From Nitrospirota bacterium (GTDB taxonomy: Bacteria > Nitrospirota > UBA9217), in contig CAVWHO010000009.1 of NCBI GenBank assembly GCA_963754875.1, positions 1-57,762 on the forward strand: 57,762 bases of DNA, written 5' to 3'. Under the pieces are notes generated by a model that saw nothing but the letters and a program-made list of their open reading frames with translations, did not search any database and had not been told where the DNA came from. Made by a program: the position numbers and the translations under genes. Below, piece by piece: positions 9,898 to 18,479 of this stretch (position 1 is the stretch's first letter; every line of letters starts with the position of its first letter).

Positions 9898-12800
9898 TTA
9901 TCCAGCACTTCCCGGACCTTTTTCAGGAAAATCGCGGGCGCAATGGGTTTCAGAATGAAATCCAGGCCGGTTTCGAGGATGCCCTTGCGGTGAATGATGT
10001 CGGCCGTGTATCCGCTTGTGAACAGTACTTTGATCCCCGGTTGGATTTTGCAGATCTCCTGATAGGCTTCCTTGCCGTTTTTTTTCGGCATGATGATGTC
10101 CAGCACGAGAAGTTGGATCTGGTCTCTATTTGCCAGGAATTTTTTTACGGCATCTTCCCCGTCGACCGCCTCGATCACCCGATATCCGAAATCTTCGAGC
10201 ACGTTATTGGTCAACTGGCGAACGGCGCCGTCATCTTCCGCTAGCAGGACCGTCTCGATCCCCCGCGGGACCGTGACGGCCTCCTCAGCCGAAGCGCCAT
10301 CCGCAGGCGACAGTATGAGAGGGAAATAGACTTTGAACTTGGTTCCCTTGCCCGGTTCGCTGTTGACAAGGATATAGCCGTTGTGCTGTTTCGTGATGCC
10401 GTAGACCATGGCCAGTCCGAGCCCGGTCCCTTTCCCCACGTCCTTCGTGGTAAAGAAGGGCTCGAAGATCCGGTTCCGTGTCGTTTCGTCCATGCCGCTG
10501 CCGGTGTCCGTTACCGAGATGAGGGCGTACCTCCCGGGCTCACCGTAGGCATGGGCCCTTACGAATTCCTCGCCGAGTTCGACCTCCTCCGTATTGATCC
10601 GCAATGCTCCACCGTCAGGCATGGCGTCCCGTGCGTTGGTCGCCAGGTTCATGAGCACCTGCTCGATCTGGATGCTGTCAGCCAGGATCATCGGTTCCTC
10701 CCCGCAGAGCTGCGTCTGCAGTTCGATGTCTTCACCGATGATCCGCAGCAGGAGCTTCCCTACTCTCCTGATGATCTCGTTCACATTGGCCGGTTTTAAA
10801 TCGATGATCTGTTTCCTGCTGAACGCGAGAAGGCTGTGGGTGAGGTGGGCTGCGCGCTCGGCGGACGAGAGGATCTGTTCCACGTAAGACCTTCCGATAT
10901 CGGTTTGGGGCATTTTCATGAGAACGAGGTTTCCATACCCGATGATCGCGGTCAGAATGTTGTTGAAGTCATGGGCCACCCCTCCTGCAAGCTGGCCGAC
11001 GGCCTCCATTTTCTGGGCCTGTCGCAGCTGGTTTTCGAGCAGCCTGACCTGGGTAATGTCGGTGATGAGGCCGTCGTAGGCGATTACCCGTCCCTCATTG
11101 TCATGGCGCGGCACCGGCGTATTTCTGACCCAGCGCAGAGAACCGTCTTTGTGAATGATGCGGTGCTCGATAGGCGGGACTTGCGCCCCGGACAGTATCT
11201 TGTTCGCCTCTTCGATCACGCGTTCACGGTCTTCCGCGAAAATCATGCGGTACCAGAGGTCAGGGTCGTGCCGGTATTCCTCCGAGGTATACCCGGTGAC
11301 GGTTACGCACCCCGGCCCGTGCGTGGTCGAGACGGCGCTACCGTTTCCAATGTCGACGCTGTACATGTAGTCCGTGACGGATTCGACAAGGCGTTTGTAG
11401 CGCTTCTCGCTTTCGATGAGGGCCAGCTCCACGCGTTTGCGAACAGTCAGGTCCCGCGCAATGACCATCATCGAGGGGGCGTCAAGATAGGTAAAGGGGA
11501 CGGCCGCCACTTCAACGTCGCATACGCTGCCGTCAAGGCGCACGAATTTCTCCTCGATGAAATCTGCGAATTCCCCTTCAGCAAGGCTTTTTCGAACCCG
11601 CTCACGAACGATCGCGCGATAATCGGGGTGGACGGCCTCCATGATGGGCGTTCCGATCAGCTGATCGGGTTTTTCCGCTCCCAACAGTTTCGCTCCGCCC
11701 CGGTTGATATAAACAAAGGTCCCATCGCGGTGGATCGCGACCATGTCCGGTGAGAGCTCGATGAGCAGGCGATACCGCTCTTCGCTCTCCTTCAATGACT
11801 TCTCCATCCGCTTGCGATCGGTGATATCGCGGATGATGTTTTGATAGAATTGTTCCCCATCGATATCGATGAGGCAGGAGCTTACCTCAACGGGAAAGGC
11901 TGTCCCGTCTTTTCGACGTTGAACGGTCTCGAAAATGAGACCGCTGCCGGCCGCAATCTGCTTCATCTGCTGTTCAACGTCCGACCGGGTTTCGGGAGGG
12001 CGAAGGTCTGCCATCGAGAGTTTGAGCAGTTCCTCCCTCGAATAGCCATAAGCGGTGACGGCGCGGTCGTTCGCTTCGCAGAGGTTTCCCTGCATATCCA
12101 GAAGCAGGATGATGTCGTTCGCATACCTGTTGAGGTTCTCATATCGCTGCGCCAGTGATTTGCGTTGGAGCTCCAGGGCGTAGATCCTCTGGCGCCACCA
12201 CAGCAAAATAATGAATCCCGATGCCGCAATCAGGATGCTGAGAACGACCGAAACCTCTGCGGCCTGCTGGCGGATGGGGGCATAGATCTCGTCAATATCG
12301 ACCTTGGATGCAAGGAACCACGGCGTGCCCGGTATGGACCGTGTTGCCACGAGGACCGGCACGTCGCGGTAGTCGATGCCTTCGAAGACCCCCACCTTTC
12401 CGGCCACAGCCATGGCCGCGGGCAAGAGTCTCTTACTTATGGGGAGGTGTAGGGTAAGAGCGGTTTTTTTGCGGTGCCTGAGCTCGTTCAGAAAGACAAT
12501 GTCTTCCCCCTCTTTTCGGAACAGGTTTGTTTCGGCGGTTGTACTCGATCCCGGCCACGACTGAATGAGCGGGTAAAGGTACTTCTCAGGATCAACGTGT
12601 ATGACGAGAGCGCCTATCGGTATCCGTGCCGCCCCTTGTTGCACGATGAAGGGGGCAATGAGATCAAGGTGAACGTACGGTACTGCCTCGCCCCTATGGA
12701 CATCGGAGAGGTACGGCTGTTTCGTGTGAAGGGCTTCTTCAAACCACCTTCTGGCCCGCGGGCCCAGGGGTTCACGATGCTGAACGGTAGAGAGCCTGAT

Positions 12801-13169
12801 GTTCCCGCGAGCGTCGGTGAGGAATACGTTTTTGAAATTAGATATATCCTGGACGGACTGCATCCAGCCCAATATCCTCGGCCCAAGTCCCGGTGTGTTG
12901 GGGTGGAGGAAATACTGCTGGATTGCTGCGGAAATGATTTCGTTCCCTGAAATGCTCCTGGCATCCTCTATGATCCCGCTGCGCCACTCAACGATCTGGT
13001 TCACTTTCAGGTCGGCGATTGCCGAGAGTTCGTCCTCTATGTTTTTCCGGAGTTGCTGCTTCTGCGCGGAATAATACAGATAGCCGGCCAAGCCTATGCC
13101 GAGCGCAAGGAAGATAAAAACCAGAACGAGACGGGAGAACATATTGTCGTATTTTTTCAGCGTTGGCAT
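9882..13169 (-). CDS. Hybrid sensor histidine kinase (periplasmic Cache-like, 3 PAS, HisKA, HATPase, REC)
   Basis: Two TM segments, three PAS/PAC units, [12 protein letters not shown]-box, [21 protein letters not shown]-terminal receiver (LAEDD, LDIIMP, KP). Confidence 0.95.
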   Translation of the reverse strand: MPTLKKYDNMFSRLVLVFIFLALGIGLAGYLYYSAQKQQLRKNIEDELSAIADLKVNQIVEWRSGIIEDARSISGNEIISAAIQQYFLHPNTPGLGPRILGWMQSVQDISNFKNVFLTDARGNIRLSTVQHREPLGPRARRWFEEALHTKQPYLSDVHRGEAVPYVHLDLIAPFIVQQGAARIPIGALVIHVDPEKYLYPLIQSWPGSSTTAETNLFRKEGEDIVFLNELRHRKKTALTLHLPISKRLLPAAMAVAGKVGVFEGIDYRDVPVLVATRSIPGTPWFLASKVDIDEIYAPIRQQAAEVSVVLSILIAASGFIILLWWRQRIYALELQRKSLAQRYENLNRYANDIILLLDMQGNLCEANDRAVTAYGYSREELLKLSMADLRPPETRSDVEQQMKQIAAGSGLIFETVQRRKDGTAFPVEVSSCLIDIDGEQFYQNIIRDITDRKRMEKSLKESEERYRLLIELSPDMVAIHRDGTFVYINRGGAKLLGAEKPDQLIGTPIMEAVHPDYRAIVRERVRKSLAEGEFADFIEEKFVRLDGSVCDVEVAAVPFTYLDAPSMMVIARDLTVRKRVELALIESEKRYKRLVESVTDYMYSVDIGNGSAVSTTHGPGCVTVTGYTSEEYRHDPDLWYRMIFAEDRERVIEEANKILSGAQVPPIEHRIIHKDGSLRWVRNTPVPRHDNEGRVIAYDGLITDITQVRLLENQLRQAQKMEAVGQLAGGVAHDFNNILTAIIGYGNLVLMKMPQTDIGRSYVEQILSSAERAAHLTHSLLAFSRKQIIDLKPANVNEIIRRVGKLLLRIIGEDIELQTQLCGEEPMILADSIQIEQVLMNLATNARDAMPDGGALRINTEEVELGEEFVRAHAYGEPGRYALISVTDTGSGMDETTRNRIFEPFFTTKDVGKGTGLGLAMVYGITKQHNGYILVNSEPGKGTKFKVYFPLILSPADGASAEEAVTVPRGIETVLLAEDDGAVRQLTNNVLEDFGYRVIEAVDGEDAVKKFLANRDQIQLLVLDIIMPKKNGKEAYQEICKIQPGIKVLFTSGYTADIIHRKGILETGLDFILKPIAPAIFLKKVREVLDKTNAE

Positions 13170-13326
13170 GAGCGTCTCTTGAAATACCCGGTGCCGAGAA
13201 TCACTATAATAAGGATAAACTGTCTCAAACTGTATCAGACTGTCTTCCCCTTGTCAATAAAGCTTCATGAAAATTAAAGGTTTTTGCGGCGCCTCCCTAT
13301 CTACGGCCGGCTGATTTATTTTGCCC

Positions 13327-13355
13327 TTGACAGGTGAACAAATGTTCACTATAAT
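13327..13355 (+). promoter_or_regulatory. Consensus sigma70 promoter with candidate LexA operator in the spacer
   Basis: TTGACA (13327-13332), 17 nt, TATAAT (13350-13355); spacer holds the palindrome GTGAAC-AAAT-GTTCAC (13334-13349). Confidence 0.85.
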
Positions 13356-13361
13356 GGGGAC

Positions 13362-13604
13362 ATGCTGGTTGAACTTGATGAACTCATTTCGGTTGGAGCC
13401 GTGTTTTCGCATGGCGAGATGCGGCCCGTATGGTTCGCCCGAGGCAGCAGACAGGTCCGTATCAACGAGATTGCCTTAACCTGGAAGACCAGGGAAGGGA
13501 ACGCCTGTATCCACCACTTTTCCGTGACCGATGGGAAAGGGATATATGAGATACGGTTCAACACGGCAACATTGCTCTGGAGGGTCATGCATGCAGATAG
13601 CTGA
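13362..13604 (+). CDS. Small beta-rich hypothetical protein upstream of dinB (DUF6504 / ImuB C-terminal-like by eye)
   Basis: 80-aa ORF directly after the promoter and abutting dinB; pattern RPVWF..G.R...I.EI...W...HHFSV.....YEIRFN.....W. Confidence 0.75.
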   Translation: MLVELDELISVGAVFSHGEMRPVWFARGSRQVRINEIALTWKTREGNACIHHFSVTDGKGIYEIRFNTATLLWRVMHADS

Positions 13605-13611
13605 ATGCAGA

Positions 13612-14829
13612 ATGCGGAAGATTCTTCACATCGACATGAACGCCTTCTTCGCTTCCGTGGAGCAGCGGGCAAACCCGACTCTGCGCGGCAAGGCCATGGC
13701 GGTGATCGGGTCCGTTCACCGGGGAGTGATCCTTTCACCGTCATACGAAGCACGGGCCTTCGGCGTGAAGACTGGCATGACCTACGTGGAGGCCACGAGG
13801 GCCTGCCCGGGACTTCTCCTGGTGCCGGCGGACCCAGCAAAATATTCTCATACCTGTGAGGAGTTGCTCGGGATCTGGAAGGATTTCACTCCCTTGGTCG
13901 AGCTTTTTTCCATTGACGAGGCATTTCTCGATGTGACCGGCTGCGAGCGCCTGATCGGCGACCCCGTGCAGATAGCGGTCCGGATCAAGGAGCGGATCTG
14001 GCGGGAGAAGGGGCTCACGTGTTCGATCGGCATCGGCCCCAACAAGCTTCTCGCCAAACTCGGGAGCGACATGCGGAAGCCCGACGGGCTTGTCCTCATC
14101 TCCCCGGAGGACGTGGCGGAAGTGCTCGAAGACCTGAGCGTCAAAGAGATCTGCGGCATCGGCCCCAGCCTGACACAACACCTGGCCGCCATGGGTATCC
14201 GAACGTGCGGGGAACTCGGCCGCACTCCTCTCAGGAAATTAACGGCACGGTTCGGGATCGTCGGCGAACGGCTTCGGGACATGGGATTGGGGATCGACCA
14301 TGACCCCGTTGTCCCTCTGGCACGGCAGCACGACGAAGAGAGCAAATCCATAGGACACAGCATGACGCTGACCGAGGACTGCTCGGACATCGAGATGCTT
14401 GAACAACATGTCCTCCAGCTGTCCGAAAAAGTTGGCCGCCGGCTCCGGCGCGGGTCCTATCATGGGGACACGGTATGCCTCACCCTCCGTTATGCCGATT
14501 TCCAGACCTTCACCCGGCAGCGGCGCCTTCGTCATCCCGTTAACCACGGCCTCGATATTTATTCCGCTGTTCGCGAAATACTCCGCGGCACCAGGCTGGC
14601 GCAGACAATACGACTCGTTGGCGTCAGCGTGTCCGGTTTAGCGCGCAACGTCGTGCAGATGCCGCTTTTCAACGAGGAGCGCAAGCGAACCTTCGTCGCC
14701 GAGGCCATGGATGACATCAACGACCGGTACGGCGAGTTCACGATAACCTGGGGCACGCTCGCAGATCGCTATCATCATGAGCGGGTCATTTCCCCGGCTT
14801 GGCGGCCGGCAGGGGACAGACACTATTGA
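13612..14829 (+). CDS. dinB: Y-family DNA polymerase (DinB/Pol IV-like)
   Basis: ILHIDMNAFFASVEQ, SYEARAFGVKTGM, SIDEAFLD, clamp-binding-like QMPLF, tail AMDDINDRYG. Alternative ATG at 13591. Confidence 0.93.
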   Translation: MRKILHIDMNAFFASVEQRANPTLRGKAMAVIGSVHRGVILSPSYEARAFGVKTGMTYVEATRACPGLLLVPADPAKYSHTCEELLGIWKDFTPLVELFSIDEAFLDVTGCERLIGDPVQIAVRIKERIWREKGLTCSIGIGPNKLLAKLGSDMRKPDGLVLISPEDVAEVLEDLSVKEICGIGPSLTQHLAAMGIRTCGELGRTPLRKLTARFGIVGERLRDMGLGIDHDPVVPLARQHDEESKSIGHSMTLTEDCSDIEMLEQHVLQLSEKVGRRLRRGSYHGDTVCLTLRYADFQTFTRQRRLRHPVNHGLDIYSAVREILRGTRLAQTIRLVGVSVSGLARNVVQMPLFNEERKRTFVAEAMDDINDRYGEFTITWGTLADRYHHERVISPAWRPAGDRHY

Positions 14830-14957
14830 GAGAAGACATTTACAAAAGGTGGAGAAACGTGATAGTACGAAAGGAGAAAAAACTGATAAGCGGTGAAAAC
14901 AATATTCCCTAGGAGTATGTCATCTAGCGATCTCCTGAGAAGAAAGGGAGAATCCCG

Positions 14958-15575
14958 ATGAAAAGTAAAATTACTGATCGTCAGCAGGAAATCTACGAAT
15001 TTATCCGGGCTACCATCGAGAAACGCGGCATCCCGCCCTCTATGCGGGAGATCGGCGGCCGATTCGGTATACGTTCCACGAACGGGGTCGAGGGACATCT
15101 TGCGGCATTGGAGCGGAACGGGCTTATTACGCGGGAGCGAGGAAAATCGCGCGGCATCCTCCTGCCCGGCGCAGAGCGGTCCGCTGCTGCGGTGCCGCTC
15201 CTAGGAAGAGTTGCGGCTGGAGTACCGGTGCTGTCACCCGAGAACCGCGAGGGCGACGTGACCGTAGACCTGTCGCTCTTTTCCCTGCGAAGCACCCAAC
15301 ACCTCTTTGCTCTCACCGTGAAGGGCGAGAGCATGGTGAATGCCCATATCCTGGACGGCGATACGCTTTTGGTCCGCGCGCAATCATCGGCGCAGAACGG
15401 CGAAATCGTTGTTGCCCTGGTGGACGGCGAGGCAACGGTCAAACGTTTTTTCCTGGAAAAGGACCGTGTCCGCCTGCAGCCGGAAAACAATACGATGAAA
15501 CCTCTTTATCTAGAACGTGGAGAATTCCAGATCATCGGAAAAGCCGTGGGGGTAATGAGAAAAATCCAACGTTAA
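14958..15575 (+). CDS. lexA: LexA repressor
   Basis: wHTH PPSMREIG...STNGV..HL.ALE..G.I, cleavage site VAAG, catalytic Ser (GESM) and Lys (ATVKR). Confidence 0.97.
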   Translation: MKSKITDRQQEIYEFIRATIEKRGIPPSMREIGGRFGIRSTNGVEGHLAALERNGLITRERGKSRGILLPGAERSAAAVPLLGRVAAGVPVLSPENREGDVTVDLSLFSLRSTQHLFALTVKGESMVNAHILDGDTLLVRAQSSAQNGEIVVALVDGEATVKRFFLEKDRVRLQPENNTMKPLYLERGEFQIIGKAVGVMRKIQR

Positions 15576-15959
15576 CGGAATCGCAGGAAGTACGTTCCCG
15601 CGGGCAAACAATCCCGGAGTATTCAAACGATCAATTTGCCTCCGCAATTGCATCACCTTGTCCGGATGCGTGCGCTATCATTGATGCCGTATACCTCCCT
15701 CCGTTTTTGTGGCGAAGCCTGTCCCTTAAAAAAAGCTGTCAAGGGTAGGATTCGTGTTTAAAGCCTTCAGACACATACGCGCAATAATCATCCAAGAGCA
15801 ATCTTGTTCCCCCTCTGTTGTCGATTTGACCTCGTTCATCATACCCTGTTACCTGTTTTAATATAATGACCCGCTTGGTTAGCCGAAGAGTATAGTTTTT
15901 GTTTGATTTTGTAATAATACGATGTTATTATGACGTTCATTTTGCTGAAAGAAGATGCC

Positions 15960-18479
15960 ATGGTAAAAAGACGAACTGGTCCCCTCCAAAAAAGCGTCAA
16001 GGCTTTGAAAAAGCAAACAAAAACTTTTATAACGAAAAGTAAGCGGGTGTTTAAGAAAATGAAAAAACAGGTCCAAACTTTCTGGAAAAAATACGTTTTC
16101 CCCTGGCTGGGAGAACTTACGCTGCGGAAAGCGATTTATATTCTGCTCGGCTGTTTTGCCGCTTCCGTCATCTTCGTCGTCATGCTGTTCGTCATCCTTT
16201 CCTTTAACCTTCCTACTGTGGAGTCGCTCAAGGATTACAAGCCGAGCCCGGGCACCCTTATCCTCGCCGAGGACGGGAGGGTCCTCGGACAGATCAAAAT
16301 CGAGAAGGGCATATACGTTCCGCTCCAGCGGATCCCGAAGTATATGGTCAATGCGCTGCTCGCTACCGAAGATCCCCGGTTTTTCCAGCACAGCGGCATC
16401 GACTACCGCGGCATCATGCGGGCCGCACTCAAGGACATCATCTCCGTCAGGCTGAAGCAGGGCGGAAGCACCATTACCCAGCAGCTCACGAAGGTCGTGT
16501 TCCTGTCGCCGGAGCGGAAGTTTACGCGCAAGATCAAAGAAATCATCCTGGCCCGCAGGCTTGAAAAGGAATTGACCAAACAGGAGATCCTCGAACTGTA
16601 CTTGAACAGGATCTATTTCGGCCACGGCGCCTACGGCGTGCAGATGGCTGCCAAGACCTATTTCGGCAAGAACATCTGGGAGATCAACCAGGGAGAAGCA
16701 GCACTCCTGGCCGGGCTGCCCAAGTCGCCCATGGTTTACTCGCCGTACAGCAATATCGACCTGACGAAGATGAGGCAGATGCAGGTCTTGCAACGCATGG
16801 TGGAGGAAGGTTACCTGACTGCAGACCAGAGCACGAAGATCTATAATCAGCCGCTGAACCTGGAGAACCTGCGGATGCAGGAAGAAGTGGCCCCCCATGT
16901 CGTGGACTATCTCCGCCAGTACATTGAAAAGAAGTACGGGCCGGAGAAGATGTACCAGGACGGGCTGAAGGTCTACACGTCGATCGACATGGACCTGCAG
17001 CGCGCCGCGGTCACGGCGCTCCGTGATGGCCTTCGCTCGCTCGACAAGCGGCAGGGTTTTCGCGGCCGCGTCGGGTTCAAGCAGCTCAAGTCCACGCCGA
17101 TCCAGTGGGGAACGCTCCATGTGCTGGTGAAACCCGGGGAGGGATTCAACGCCCAGGTGCTCGCCGTCGGCGACTATTACATTACGGTCAAGGGCCGCGG
17201 CCTCGTGGGCTACATCATGCAGGACGACATGGCTTGGGCCCTTCTCAAGCCGAAAAAGAAAAAAAATGACCCCGATGAATTCAGGAAGCCGCAGGAAATC
17301 GTACAGCCCGGCGACATCATCAAGGTCCGTTTGAAGGATTATGACAAGAAAAAGCAGCTTGCGTCGTTCATCCTCGACCAGACGCCGCTCGTCGAAGGAG
17401 CTGTCGTCTCGATCGAGCCTTACACCGGTTACGTACGCGCCATGGTGGGCGGATACGATTTCGTGGAAGGCGGGTTCAACCACGCCACCGAGGCAAAGCG
17501 CCAGCCCGGTTCCTCCTTCAAACCTTTTATTTACGGCGCGGCGCTCGAAAACGGCTTCACCCCGGCGTCGATCCTCATGGACCTGCCGGTGATCTACGAG
17601 AAGAGCGAGTTTGAGAAGAAGGAGTGGAAACCGACGAACTATGATGAGCGGTTTTTAGGCCCCATGCGCATGCGCACGGCGCTCGCGCTTTCAAGAAACG
17701 CGGTGACCGTGGGACTGCTCGAAAAAGTCGGGCTGGAGAAGACCATCGATTTTGCCCGCAAGGCCGGCATCACGAGCCAGATCAACTACGATTACACGAC
17801 GGCCCTGGGTTCGTCAGCGGTCACGCCGCTTGAGCTCACCTCCGCCTACGCGACCTTTGCCTCGCAGGGAGTTCGCACCGAGCCGATCTTCATCAAGAGC
17901 ATTGTCGACGGTAAAGGCACCGTTCTCGAGAGCTATGAACCCCAACCGAAAGAGGCAATCGACCCGACGACGGCCTATCTCGTCACGAGCCTCTTGAAAA
18001 GCGTGGTGCAGGAAGGGACGGGCAGAGGCGCCCAGGTCCTCGGCAGACCGATTGCGGGCAAGACGGGCACGACGAACAATTATGTTGACGCCTGGTTCAT
18101 GGGATATACGCCGAGCATTGTGACGGGCGTATGGGTCGGGTATGATAACCCGAAAGCCTCGCTCGGCGACCGGGAAACCGGCGCGCGCGCCGCGCTGCCG
18201 ATCTGGATATCGGTCATGGCGAAGGCGCTTGCGGACAAACCCGCCGAGGACTTTACGCCAACCGACGATATTGTGTCCGTGAAGATCGACCCCGAGTCGG
18301 GGCTTCTGGCGCGCGACGGACAGACTGACGCCATCACCGATGTGTTCCGCAGGGGCACGGAGCCGACGCAATACGCCAGCACCACGGAGCATACTGCCAA
18401 CAAGTTCTATCTCTTCGACCAGGGCGGCGGCGAGGACGCGACAAAGAAAAAAATACCTGACGATGAGGTTTCTGATTAG
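15960..18479 (+). CDS. mrcA: Penicillin-binding protein 1A (class A PBP)
   Basis: EDPRFFQHSG, QGGSTITQQL, RKIKE (transglycosylase); SSFK, SRN, KTGT (transpeptidase). Start may be 15930 or 15960. Confidence 0.95.
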   Translation: MVKRRTGPLQKSVKALKKQTKTFITKSKRVFKKMKKQVQTFWKKYVFPWLGELTLRKAIYILLGCFAASVIFVVMLFVILSFNLPTVESLKDYKPSPGTLILAEDGRVLGQIKIEKGIYVPLQRIPKYMVNALLATEDPRFFQHSGIDYRGIMRAALKDIISVRLKQGGSTITQQLTKVVFLSPERKFTRKIKEIILARRLEKELTKQEILELYLNRIYFGHGAYGVQMAAKTYFGKNIWEINQGEAALLAGLPKSPMVYSPYSNIDLTKMRQMQVLQRMVEEGYLTADQSTKIYNQPLNLENLRMQEEVAPHVVDYLRQYIEKKYGPEKMYQDGLKVYTSIDMDLQRAAVTALRDGLRSLDKRQGFRGRVGFKQLKSTPIQWGTLHVLVKPGEGFNAQVLAVGDYYITVKGRGLVGYIMQDDMAWALLKPKKKKNDPDEFRKPQEIVQPGDIIKVRLKDYDKKKQLASFILDQTPLVEGAVVSIEPYTGYVRAMVGGYDFVEGGFNHATEAKRQPGSSFKPFIYGAALENGFTPASILMDLPVIYEKSEFEKKEWKPTNYDERFLGPMRMRTALALSRNAVTVGLLEKVGLEKTIDFARKAGITSQINYDYTTALGSSAVTPLELTSAYATFASQGVRTEPIFIKSIVDGKGTVLESYEPQPKEAIDPTTAYLVTSLLKSVVQEGTGRGAQVLGRPIAGKTGTTNNYVDAWFMGYTPSIVTGVWVGYDNPKASLGDRETGARAALPIWISVMAKALADKPAEDFTPTDDIVSVKIDPESGLLARDGQTDAITDVFRRGTEPTQYASTTEHTANKFYLFDQGGGEDATKKKIPDDEVSD

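Noticed and set aside
14830..14957. Second LexA box directly upstream of lexA (GTGAAAACAATATTCCC)
   Set aside because: Too degenerate relative to GTGAAC-N4-GTTCAC to support.
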